This document shows, in pieces, positions 1 to 11,498 of a stretch of 14,664 nt of DNA (its first letter is position 1; every line of letters starts with the position of its first letter). The stretch comes from a virus (Duplodnaviria; Heunggongvirae; Uroviricota; Caudoviricetes), in the IMG/VR virus record IMGVR_UViG_3300029745_000175; one strand, 5' to 3'. The notes beneath the pieces are model-generated. The model ran no database searches, was not told where the DNA came from, and saw nothing but the letters and a program-made list of their open reading frames with translations. Both the position numbers and the translations under genes were made by a program.

Positions 1-16
1 TAAGTCATTGATAAAG

Positions 17-78
17 TGGCGGAGAGAGGGGGATTTGAACCCCCGGTAGAGTTGCCCCTACTCCGGTTTTCGAGACCG
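17..78 (-). other. Partial tRNA-Ser(CGA), 3' 62 nt only (anticodon loop through CCA end); likely prophage att core duplicate, not an intact tRNA gene
   Basis: Reverse complement of 17-78 reads as anticodon stem-loop CGGTCTCGAAAACCGG (anticodon CGA), a long class II variable arm, T-arm GGGGGTTCAAATCCCCC and acceptor 3' strand TCTCTCCGCCA. Similarity stops abruptly at 79, so the D-arm and 5' acceptor strand are missing. Confidence 0.6.
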
Positions 79-570
79 ATGATACAGAGTCGAAAAATCA
101 AAGAGTTAAAAATTTTTCTTGGAATAAATGTCTTTAAATCGTACACGAAAAATCAATGAATTACATAACATTAAAGAAGAATATTCCAAGCCTTCTTGAG
201 GCTACCACCTGTTTTCAGGTGTCATTCAGACGTGATTTGCCCCAGATTGGGAAAGCACGCTTTTTTCTCAGCTATCGTCCTCTTATTTTGCCGTTACATT
301 TCTTTTTGCACTCTAATGATTAATTTACAATAATAATATCGGTAATTATTGAGTAATAATAAATTGATTATTGCAAATGTAATTTAATTCCATCTTAGCG
401 TTATATTCCAATCTTTAATCTCCGCATGGAACAAGTTGCATGCGTGACTATATTAAGACAACTTATAACCACCAAAACATTTGCTTTGCAAGCAAAAACA
501 GTGACCATTGACTCTAAGAAAATTCCGATCTATTGTTAGGGTCATCAAAGTTACTTAACAGTATTCCGAA

Positions 571-672
571 ATGAAAATACAAAGCAAGCTAATTGTCTTA
601 TTAAACATTATTATTGCATTTATATTATTTGAGCTTTTAGCTCAAAAATTTGGTTTGAGTACATTATTTTAA
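571..672 (+). CDS. Candidate small hydrophobic protein, 33 aa (MKIQSKLIVLLNIIIAFILFELLAQKFGLSTLF); could be a chance ORF in AT-rich DNA
   Basis: ATG at 571 and TAA at 670. Upstream sigma70-like promoter TTGACT (508-513), 17-bp spacer, TATTGT (531-536); canonical terminator downstream at 821-850. No clear Shine-Dalgarno. Confidence 0.2.
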   Translation: MKIQSKLIVLLNIIIAFILFELLAQKFGLSTLF

Positions 673-820
673 AGCAAGGTAAACAATATCGGGCACTCTA
701 GTTTTTATAATTAACAATTAAACGTCCATAAAATGTTATTTACTTTTCTTCGCTATTGTCACATCTTAATATAGTGGCTTACGCCACTCTACTTTCATCA
801 CATTTTGTACGTTTATGTAC

Positions 821-850
821 TCGCCATGAAGCTCTTTCATGGCGATTTTT
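821..850 (+). terminator. Rho-independent terminator, plus strand (10-bp perfect stem TCGCCATGAA/TTCATGGCGA, 5-nt loop, TTTTT tail)
   Basis: Stem 821-830 pairs with 836-845, followed by TTTTT at 846-850. On the minus strand the hairpin has no U-tract, so it is plus-oriented. Confidence 0.5.
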
Positions 851-936
851 ATTCTTAATCCAAGAACATACTCCCTATCTATAGCAAAATCACTTTTTGA
901 ACAAAAGAATAACGTATTTAGGTAATCATTACGAAT

Positions 937-1517
937 TTACCCTATAGGTGCTACTGGCCATTCAATATCCTGTGCAGTTGACGTATCAACACGGTTCAGC
1001 AATACCCGATACTTTTTCCAGGCTTCCAGCAACAAGGTTTCTTCCTCCGTTGCGATTTCCAGATCCACAGCATCCTGAAGCGGCGCTATATGCTCACTGG
1101 CTACCTGCATCAGGCTGTTTTTTGTTTCTTCCACCTCCCGGATCCGGAACAGTTTTTCTGCTTCCGTATCCTTCACCCAGGCTGTGCCGTTCCACTTCTG
1201 AAACTCCCCTTCCGGGGATAACCAGGTAACATTTTCCGGTAATGAGCCGAGTTCAGAAATAAATAACGCGTCCCCTGATGCCACGTCATAAACTGTTTTA
1301 CCCCGATGGTCTTCAACAAGATGCCACGATGACTCATCACTGTTGAAAACAGCCACGAAGCCAGCCGGAATATCTGGCGGTGCAATATCGGTACTGTTTG
1401 CTGGCAGACCTGTATGAGGCGGAATATATGCATCACCTTCACCAATAAATTCATTAGTTCCGGCCAGCAGATTATAAATTTTTATGGTCCGTGGTTGTTC
1501 ACTCATTCTGAATGCCA

Positions 1518-1518
<1 letters not shown>
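937..1518 (-). CDS. tfa: Tail fibre assembly protein Tfa (lambda Tfa-like, 193 aa)
   Basis: N-terminus [54 protein letters not shown] matches lambda Tfa as remembered over most of its length. Its ATG overlaps the stf stop. Confidence 0.93.
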
Positions 1519-4495
<2,977 letters not shown>

Positions 4496-4514
4496 TCATG
4501 CTCCATAAACGATA

Positions 4515-4534
4515 AAACCGCCCGGAGGCGGTTT
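4515..4534 (-). terminator. Hairpin with U-rich tail in the I-J intergenic gap (AAACCGCC tccg GGCGGTTT); possible attenuator just upstream of the J ribosome-binding site
   Basis: 8-bp perfect stem with 4-nt loop; on the minus strand it is followed by TATCGTTTATGGAGC and the J ATG at 4492. Confidence 0.35.
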
Positions 4535-4552
4535 CACATAAAACATTTTGCA

Positions 4553-5194
4553 TCAGCGACCAATCACCACAACCTGACCACCATCCCCTTCGTCTGCCGT
4601 GCTGATTTCCTGAGAAACCACACGTGACCCCACGCGCATTTCACCATACAGAACAGGCAGAACATTGCCCTGGGCAACCATGTTATCCAGTGAGGAGAAA
4701 TAGGTGTTCTGTTTGCCGTTATCCGTTGTCTGTGTACGGGGGGTTTTGGGTTTAGGAGCCAGCATCTGTGCAACACCACCAAGCGTCATCGCTGCCCCCA
4801 TAGAAAAGAGGATGTCACTGAAAGCGATACTGATTCCCGGCATCCAGATTGCCGTTGCAATCAGCGCCGCACCCAGCACCGCCTGAAACACACCACCACT
4901 TTTAGCACCCGCCAGACGCGGTACGATGTGGATCACGGCACCATTTGCCAGCGGCTCATTAAGACGGACTGATAATTCCGTTTCACCTGCATCACGCCCG
5001 GCAATGCGCACCTGATACCAGCCCTCATTCAGTTTCTGACGAAATGCGGGGATCTGCGTGGCCAGTGCCCGGATGGCTTCGGCCCCCGTTTTCACACGAA
5101 GGTCGATGCGGCGGCCAAATCGTTGTAAATCCCCGTAAAGGCAGATGCGTGCCATGCCCGGTGACGCCAGAGGGAGTGTGTGCGTCGCTGCCAT
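4553..5194 (-). CDS. I: Tail assembly protein I (lambda gpI-like, 213 aa)
   Basis: MAATHTLPLASPGMARICLYGDLQRFGRRIDLRVKTGAEAIRALATQ ... NGKQNTYFSSLDNMVAQGNVLPVLYGEMRVGSRVVSQEISTADEGDGGQVVVIGR matches lambda I. It overlaps the 3' end of K by 103 nt. Confidence 0.93.
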   Translation of the reverse strand: MAATHTLPLASPGMARICLYGDLQRFGRRIDLRVKTGAEAIRALATQIPAFRQKLNEGWYQVRIAGRDAGETELSVRLNEPLANGAVIHIVPRLAGAKSGGVFQAVLGAALIATAIWMPGISIAFSDILFSMGAAMTLGGVAQMLAPKPKTPRTQTTDNGKQNTYFSSLDNMVAQGNVLPVLYGEMRVGSRVVSQEISTADEGDGGQVVVIGR

Positions 5195-5844
5195 TTGTCG
5201 GTATACCTCTCTCGTTTGCTCAGTTGTTCAGGAATATGGTGCAGCAGCTCGCCGTCACCACAGTAAATGGCGGCATGATTCGGCACCGATGAACCAAAAC
5301 AGCACAGCAGCACATCGCCCGGTTGTGCTGATGACAACGGCACCTGATACAGCCCTGTGGCCTCCAGATTATCCAGATAGAGATTCTGACCGTTACGCCA
5401 CCAGTCATCCTCACGATGAAAATCCGGCATCTCAATCCCCGCCAGATGATAAGCATCCCGGAACAGCGTGTAACAGTCCGTCACCCCGTGCTCAAAGCGC
5501 CGCCCGGTGAGATGCGGCACACAGCGGAACTTATGAATCGCCCCCCGGCAGACCAGCCACCACGGCAAATCACTCTGCACCTGCAGCCGCCGGTCGGCCT
5601 CACTCAGCCAGGGCAGACCACCGGGGTGGCTGTGGACCAGCGCCACAATCTCACCCTGCATTTCTGCCTGCAGCCAGTCTTCCGGCGACATACGGAAATA
5701 CGCCTCCGGCTCACCGGAGATATTCACGCAGGGGAAATATCTTTCCCCCTCCGGCGTGCTTACCACGAAGCCGCACGACTCCGCTGGCGCACATCGCCGG
5801 GCGTGCGCCAGAATCGCTGATTCTGTCTCTGTCATGGGATTCAC
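5092..5844 (-). CDS. K: Tail assembly protein K (lambda gpK-like; HSHP metalloprotease-like motif and Cys/His peptidase-like motif); true start may be internal
   Basis: MTETESAILAHARRCAPAESCGFVVSTPEGERYFPC ... VHSHPGG ... matches lambda K. Its start overlaps the L stop by 4 nt (ATGA). Confidence 0.92.
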   Translation of the reverse strand: MNPMTETESAILAHARRCAPAESCGFVVSTPEGERYFPCVNISGEPEAYFRMSPEDWLQAEMQGEIVALVHSHPGGLPWLSEADRRLQVQSDLPWWLVCRGAIHKFRCVPHLTGRRFEHGVTDCYTLFRDAYHLAGIEMPDFHREDDWWRNGQNLYLDNLEATGLYQVPLSSAQPGDVLLCCFGSSVPNHAAIYCGDGELLHHIPEQLSKRERYTDKWQRRTHSLWRHRAWHASAFTGIYNDLAAASTFV

Positions 5845-6539
5845 TGCGAAAGTTTGTTAATGGAAAGGAAGCCGCCAAAGTTGCCGACGTTATTGCGAAA
5901 CTTACAGCCGCTCAGGCATTTGCTGCATTTATCCTTCGTGATATCGGACGTCGGCTGATCATATTCATCCGCGACCGCCGGACCGTGATAACCACACTCA
6001 TCACCGCGATAGGTCCAGGTGCAGGTGTTGGCCAGCATGATACGTCCCGGAAAAACAGCGCCATCCGTTTCCGTCGGCGTGGACAGTACAAAAGAGGCAC
6101 TCACCGCGCTCAGTTCGCTGCACTGCTCGATGCGCCAGCGGCTGATCACCTCCTGCTCCGGATCGGCGTCACTGTTTCCGTTGACGAAGTTCACCGCATC
6201 CAGAAAACGGGCGTAAACCTTACGCCGGACCACCGTTCCTCCGACCAGACTCTGCAGGTCTTCCGCCATCCCGGTGACCATGCCGTGCAGGTTAGAAACC
6301 GTCAGTGTCGGACGGGCAGCACTGCCCTTGCCGTTCAGTTCAAATCCCGTCCCCTGAATGGGATACGCCTGATACTGTCGCCCCTGCCAGGTGACCGGCT
6401 CACCTTTTTCGTTCTGCTCATTACAGAAAAAATAACGTTCTCCACCGACCACTGTCAGATCGATTTCCCAGAGCACCACCTGGGCTGACTGAGTGAGGCG
6501 TGTCGTCTCATGATGTGTTTCCTGTGGAATATCCTGCAT
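5841..6539 (-). CDS. L: Minor tail protein L (lambda gpL-like, 232 aa)
   Basis: 232-aa ORF with the lambda L length and N-terminus MQDIPQETHHETTRLTQSAQVVLWEIDLTVVGGERYFFCNEQNEKGEPVTWQGRQYQAYPIQGTGFELNGKG. Confidence 0.94.
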   Translation of the reverse strand: MQDIPQETHHETTRLTQSAQVVLWEIDLTVVGGERYFFCNEQNEKGEPVTWQGRQYQAYPIQGTGFELNGKGSAARPTLTVSNLHGMVTGMAEDLQSLVGGTVVRRKVYARFLDAVNFVNGNSDADPEQEVISRWRIEQCSELSAVSASFVLSTPTETDGAVFPGRIMLANTCTWTYRGDECGYHGPAVADEYDQPTSDITKDKCSKCLSGCKFRNNVGNFGGFLSINKLSQ

Positions 6540-6548
6540 CAGAGACTC

Positions 6549-6878
6549 CTATGCCACGACCTGTTCAAAATCTGCCGTTATGGTTACCCACAACGCCCCC
6601 ACGCTTGCCGACCATTTACGACAAACCACCCTGATCGGCTTCCAGTCATAAGGTGGCGTCCACTGAAATGCGCGGACGCCACCGTGCCGTTCCAGAAAGG
6701 CTTTTAAAGATGGGTGTTCACATTTACGAACACGTATCGTCACGCTGTAAATCGACAACTGGTTATTCAGTCCCGCCGCACGACGCTGTTCATAACCATC
6801 GCCCAGCTTCACTGTCACCACTTTCGGCTCTGATACCACATTCATATCCGGGCGCACTTTCCAGTGAAACGTCTCCAT
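6549..6878 (-). CDS. M: Minor tail protein M (lambda gpM-like, 109 aa)
   Basis: 109-aa ORF METFHWKV ... LGDGYEQR ... FLERHGG ... FEQVVA in the expected position upstream of L. Confidence 0.92.
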   Translation of the reverse strand: METFHWKVRPDMNVVSEPKVVTVKLGDGYEQRRAAGLNNQLSIYSVTIRVRKCEHPSLKAFLERHGGVRAFQWTPPYDWKPIRVVCRKWSASVGALWVTITADFEQVVA

Positions 6879-7078
6879 TACCGATATGCTCCACTTAACC
6901 GACCACCATCACGGGCCTGCTGTTGCATAAAGTCCGCTGCCGCTTTTTTCCCAAGGTCATAAACCACCTTCAGGGCAGCCGGACCTATCTGCCCGTTCGT
7001 GCCATCGTTATTGATCTCGATGTTGTACTGCGGGGCAAACATCGCCATACCTGAACCACCAATAAAGCCGCCAGTTGA
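6878..7078 (-). pseudogene. H: Tape measure protein H, C-terminal remnant (last 66 codons only); the rest of H and all head genes deleted
   Basis: Frame ending TAA at 6878-6880 (overlapping the M ATG) encodes STGGFIGGSGMAMFAPQYNIEINNDGTNGQIGPAALKVVYDLGKKAAADFMQQQARDGGRLSGAYR, which resembles the lambda H C-terminus (INNDGTNGQIGPAALK). An in-frame TAA lies at 7079-7081. Confidence 0.7.
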
Positions 7079-7285
7079 TTAATATTCAGCACCAGGTTTT
7101 TCAACTCATGATCCATATTTCCTCCGGAGAGCTTTAAACATGCATCGTGCGAACAACTTTAAGAAAACGCGTTCGATGTCGAACAAAAAACACTCAATTC
7201 GACATACAAAAAACAAACAACCATTAATAATCAATAAGATGCAAAGATGATGGTGGCCGATAAAAATGCAAAAACTAGCCTTTTT

Positions 7286-7305
7286 CCGCGACGCTCCCGC
7301 CCCGT
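7286..7305 (-). other. cos-like site (degenerate cosN), with putative terminase-binding repeats (cosB-like) between it and the ORF start at 7116
   Basis: Minus strand ACGGGGCGGGAGCGTCGCGG versus lambda ACGGGGCGGCGACCTCGCGG (core 12-mer 8/12 identical, flanks conserved). It lies about 175 nt upstream of a start codon, as cosN does for Nu1 in lambda. Inverted ATGTCGAA/TTCGACAT repeats occur at 7170-7210. Confidence 0.4.
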
Positions 7306-7668
7306 GGCAGGGCCCCCCACAGGGAGGACCCGACAGCCTGACAACCGTGACGAGCATCTGAAACAGAGCTTTACATAATGGCGTGGGGATAATTCAGAAG
7401 GACATCACAGCATGCCCACACAAATTAGTGTGAGTGTCCTGTTTCTTACTACGCGCAGGACTGACGAGCATGAGGGGAAAATACGCGAACCGAAATGCCT
7501 TATCTTCAGAAATGCAGCCGGCATCCGAACTGGACGATATTGTAAATTCACCTAAATACGAGGCATTGCTGTAGTTGAATTGCAGTACTGTATTAGCCTG
7601 ACAGTGACAGAATACGATATTGACTCTGTCACTTGTGAAATGGTCAGAATGGTTAGCAGTTATGGTGA

Positions 7669-7875
7669 TCAGTCAACCACCAGGGAATAATCCTTCGTAT
7701 TCTTATCGTGCTTTACTAACGCGGCCTCAATTGCCCTGAATGCTTCCAGAGATACTTGATGTTCTATACATGCAATTACAACATCCGGGTAACCCATCGA
7801 AATGGTGCTATTAAGCATAGTTTTTACACGAACCTGCTCCTGGGAGGGGGCATCAGTGTATTGATCTTTATGCAT
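7669..7875 (-). CDS. Hypothetical small protein, 68 aa (moron between gnsB and cos)
   Basis: ATG at 7875 preceded by GGAG 8 nt upstream; the translation [68 protein letters not shown] is protein-like. No family recognised. Confidence 0.5.
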   Translation of the reverse strand: MHKDQYTDAPSQEQVRVKTMLNSTISMGYPDVVIACIEHQVSLEAFRAIEAALVKHDKNTKDYSLVVD

Positions 7876-8087
7876 TTTGTCGCTCCATGCGTTTGCTCTT
7901 CACTTGCGGCTAAAAATATAACGTCAAATCACTCAGCATGAAAGAGTGAAAGTTTCAGCGCGTTTCCCTTACATAATCTGTCGTTTGTATTCTCTTCAGG
8001 CATACCGGAAAGACTAGGTATTGTCACACAACCAATACCATCGACAATCGAGATTTATATCTATTCGGTAATGTTTAAATATAACAA

Positions 8088-8107
8088 AACCCCGTAAAAA
8101 CGAGGTT
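8088..8107 (-). terminator. Probable intrinsic terminator downstream of gnsB
   Basis: Minus-strand hairpin AACCTCG / CGGGGTT (one mismatch) with a 6-nt loop, followed by TTGTTATATTT; about 64 nt after the gnsB stop. Confidence 0.35.
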
Positions 8108-8170
8108 TATGGGTAATTTGTATTGTTGAATAGCATCTGATGAGAAATTGATGCTAATACTATAAACATA

Positions 8171-8344
8171 CTAGATTAAATCAATCTTGATATCATAGCT
8201 TTCAAGACCAGTCATTTTTTCCCGTGCAGTAAACTGGATACTGGTAACTTCTTTCCCGGTCTTTTTCTTAAGCTCAATGATTTTTTTTGTTATATATTCA
8301 GAAATATCTGCTTCTGTTTTTGTTTTTAACTCTTCAATGTTCAT
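8171..8344 (-). CDS. gnsB: GnsA/GnsB-family small protein, 57 aa
   Basis: MNIEELKTKTEADISEYITKKIIELKKKTGKEVTSIQFTAREKMTGLESYDIKIDLI carries the Gns signature. AAGAGGAA ribosome-binding site sits directly before tandem ATGs at 8347/8344; the longer ORF in the six-frame track (to 8437) is probably not translated. Confidence 0.82.
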   Translation of the reverse strand: MNIEELKTKTEADISEYITKKIIELKKKTGKEVTSIQFTAREKMTGLESYDIKIDLI

Positions 8345-8516
8345 CATTTCCTCTTTTAGTCTGTTATGACTTTCCTGGTACACAGTAGTGTCAATTATAT
8401 GGAGCAAACGTATAAAAGATAAGATGAAACATCGCAATAATCAACATACGACGGTCTAAATTTCACACAAACAGATAAAGATGATTATCATTTATTATCA
8501 ATACATTAGAATCAAA

Positions 8517-8747
8517 TCAATTCAAGAGTCTCATTGCTGCTTCCAGAATTTCTTCTGAAGTTACATGTCGATCCGCTGCTACATAAATGACTTTATGATC
8601 TCCGGTCAGAGATGGAAACCCTGCAGCCATTACAGTGAGGTGTGTTGTTTCGCCATTTGGATATTCACGCATGATGGTGTTAACTCCGGTCATCACTGGC
8701 ACTACCATTGCTGGTTCAGAGTTAAAAAAAACTATTATTTTTTTCAT
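8517..8747 (-). CDS. Hypothetical small protein, about 76 aa, in the position occupied by YnfN/YmcE-type genes next to gns and csp genes
   Basis: ORF MKKIIVFFNSEPAMVVPVMTGVNTIMREYPNGETTHLTVMAAGFPSLTGDHKVIYVAADRHVTSEEILEAAMRLLN. The ATG at 8747 is preferred over the GTG at 8786, which abuts a terminator hairpin. Family assignment is by synteny only. Confidence 0.5.
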   Translation of the reverse strand: MKKIIVFFNSEPAMVVPVMTGVNTIMREYPNGETTHLTVMAAGFPSLTGDHKVIYVAADRHVTSEEILEAAMRLLN

Positions 8748-8791
8748 AATGTTACCGTAATATGTGAGTATCCATCGACTAGACACTAAGC

Positions 8792-8811
8792 AAAAAAGCT
8801 CCCGAAGGAGC
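8792..8811 (-). terminator. Rho-independent terminator, minus strand (GCTCC ttcg GGAGC then TTTTTTG)
   Basis: 5-bp GC stem and tetraloop; plus strand shows AAAAAA before and CTTCATTTT after, so the U-tract is on the minus strand. Lies between cspI and the 76-aa ORF. Confidence 0.5.
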
Positions 8812-9018
8812 CTTCATTTTCACTTTCTTAAATCTAACGACAGACGGCTAACATTTAAGTATTGTGAAATATTATCAAATGTAATCATCATTGATTTACA
8901 AAAGATACATTTTGCCCCGAAAGGATTCCTGTCAGAAACATCAAAAGATGATGTTCTATACTGAGAACCATGGCAACACGGGCATCTAAAGTGAATATGG
9001 TTTGTAATATTTTCTACC

Positions 9019-9234
9019 TCAAAGTGCCACTACATGAACAGCCGCGGGGCCTTTAGGTCCGTTCTCAATACCAAATTCGACTTCCTGATTCTCAGTTAAC
9101 GTTTTGAAATCGTTGCTCTGAATAACTGAGAAATGGACAAACACATCTTTGCTACCATCTTTCGGCGTGATGAAACCAAAACCTTTTTCAGGGTTAAACC
9201 ATTTCACTAAACCAGTCATTTTGTTAGACATCAT
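9019..9234 (-). CDS. cspI: Cold shock protein, CspA family (CspI-like, 70-71 aa)
   Basis: [70 protein letters not shown] has the RNP1/RNP2 motifs (KGFGFI, VFVHF). Tandem ATGs at 9234 and 9231, with AAGG 6 nt upstream. The 360-nt upstream gap is consistent with a long csp 5' UTR. Confidence 0.9.
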   Translation of the reverse strand: MMSNKMTGLVKWFNPEKGFGFITPKDGSKDVFVHFSVIQSNDFKTLTENQEVEFGIENGPKGPAAVHVVAL

Positions 9235-9593
9235 TATTACCTTTTGAAGAAGTTAGCCCTTGGGCAGAATGGTCCGAAAAAAATATCAGAGAGAAAAACC
9301 AACAAGGAAATCTCAAGAGGTACAAATAATAAAATTATAACAATGACTGCTTCAGATAATTTTGTAACAAACCAGAACACCATTAACGCATGATTAACCA
9401 ACCATAGCAAGGATTACTTTTGTAAAGAAAAACACACGAATGAAACAATAGCTTTATTTATTAATAAAACGTGTCATTCTGTCTAATGACCTTTTATCTT
9501 ACCCTTAAGATTTCAAGGATTTTGACTCATGGAAGAGTCCTTTTTATTTAAATTTCACATTCAGCGCTAAAAATAATCCGATTTAATATTAAT

Positions 9594-10621
<1,028 letters not shown>

Positions 10622-10734
10622 GGATATTTATCAGGATTTATCGGCTTCAAATCCCCGGATATGTTAAATCTTACCTCACCAGTGATGGGCACTGGCGGGA
10701 GGAGGATGTCAATCTGATAAACACAGAGGTGACT

Positions 10735-10995
10735 ATGGATTACACAAATCTACCAAAACAAACTTTTGCTGATTTAATCGCACTCAGGCAAGCAGTCGTA
10801 GCTCTAATCAACTTGTTGCCGGAGAAGGAAAAGGAATTAGTTAAAGCGCTTCTTAACAGAACTGCCGCCGATTTTTCATCATATCCACTGACAGATGACC
10901 TTGCGGACCTTCCTGAATTAATTGCAGCGTCCGCCATTAAGCTTACTGAAGAGATTTACCCTCCTCAAAAATCTTCACAAAATTCCTGCGAGTAA
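10735..10995 (+). CDS. Hypothetical protein, 86 aa, on the opposite strand inside the lysis cassette; no family recognised
   Basis: ATG at 10735 with AGAGG 5 nt upstream; protein-like helical sequence MDYTNLPKQTFADLIALRQAVVALINLLPEKEKELVKALLNRTAADFSSYPLTDDLADLPELIAASAIKLTEEIYPPQKSSQNSCE; strong terminator 20 nt after the TAA. The six-frame track starts it at GTG 10729. Confidence 0.6.
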   Translation: MDYTNLPKQTFADLIALRQAVVALINLLPEKEKELVKALLNRTAADFSSYPLTDDLADLPELIAASAIKLTEEIYPPQKSSQNSCE

Positions 10996-11494
10996 CTTCA
11001 ATGCAATAATCGTAAAACGCCGCAAACTGCTCATCGCGGCGTTTTTTTTCATCTTCAGAAGGGATCAGCACCGACAATTTTTTATTCAGATCAGCGACGC
11101 TGCCCTCCAGTTTTTCAATGGGCGATTCAATATCATCTTTTTCTGACCGCAATGCCGTCGGTGGCGTCTTCAGAGAACCAGTAATTCTTCCCGGTAGCTT
11201 TCCTTTGTAGGTTATCCACACATTCTGCGCCTCTAAAATTATGGGGCGCTTTTCCGGCGACTGCTCATCCCCTACACATAACCCGGCAGCAACATCCAGG
11301 AATACCTGTCTGATTCTCATTCTGGCTGCTGCCTCATAAAACTCCAGCGCGGCACCTTCAACACGGTCCAGCGAGATGTCCAGGTCAAAAATTTCACCGT
11401 CAAAGCGTTTTTTGTCCCGTAAGGCTACAGTTACCGCCACTTTATTCTCAAAATTGCGGACTCCTTTCACAACCAGTTCATAGTCTTGTGTCAT
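10943..11494 (-). CDS. YdfR-like protein (DUF1327-type N-terminal region by recollection) with a C-terminal extension of about 115 aa; 183 aa from ATG 11494, or 190 aa from 11515
   Basis: MTQDYELVVKGVRNFENKVAVTVALRDKKRFDGEIFDLDISLDRVEGAALEFYEAAARMRIRQVF resembles the short YdfR found between holin and endolysin in Qin-type prophages. The ATG at 11494 follows the holin stop with a GAGAG-type ribosome-binding site. The last 17 codons overlap the plus-strand gene. Confidence 0.6.
   Translation of the reverse strand: MTQDYELVVKGVRNFENKVAVTVALRDKKRFDGEIFDLDISLDRVEGAALEFYEAAARMRIRQVFLDVAAGLCVGDEQSPEKRPIILEAQNVWITYKGKLPGRITGSLKTPPTALRSEKDDIESPIEKLEGSVADLNKKLSVLIPSEDEKKRRDEQFAAFYDYCIEVTRRNFVKIFEEGKSLQ
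11014..11049 (+). terminator. Rho-independent terminator for the 86-aa plus-strand gene (AAAACGCCGC, 12-nt loop, GCGGCGTTTTTTTT); lies inside the coding region of the minus-strand YdfR-like ORF
   Basis: Stem 11014-11023 pairs with 11036-11045 and is followed by a run of eight T ending at 11049. Confidence 0.6.
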
Positions 11495-11498
11495 TGGA

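Noticed and set aside
948-1454. 93-aa ORFs on both strands inside tfa
   Set aside because: Fully nested in or antisense to the conserved tfa frame; translations are not protein-like.
5145-6488. Plus-strand ORFs of 121, 134 and 167 aa and minus-strand 62-78-aa ORFs within K and L
   Set aside because: Overlap conserved K and L coding frames; shadow ORFs of GC-rich DNA.
7106-7357. 83-aa minus-strand ORF spanning the cos-like site
   Set aside because: Translation is Cys/His/Phe-rich junk; it covers the GC-rich cos-like core and AT-rich repeats expected to be non-coding; no ribosome-binding site.
8348-8437. N-terminal 30-codon extension of the gnsB ORF given by the six-frame track
   Set aside because: The extension (MRCFILSFIRLLHIIDTTVYQ...) has no ribosome-binding site, whereas AAGAGGAA sits directly before the internal tandem ATGs, and the Gns family is about 57 aa.
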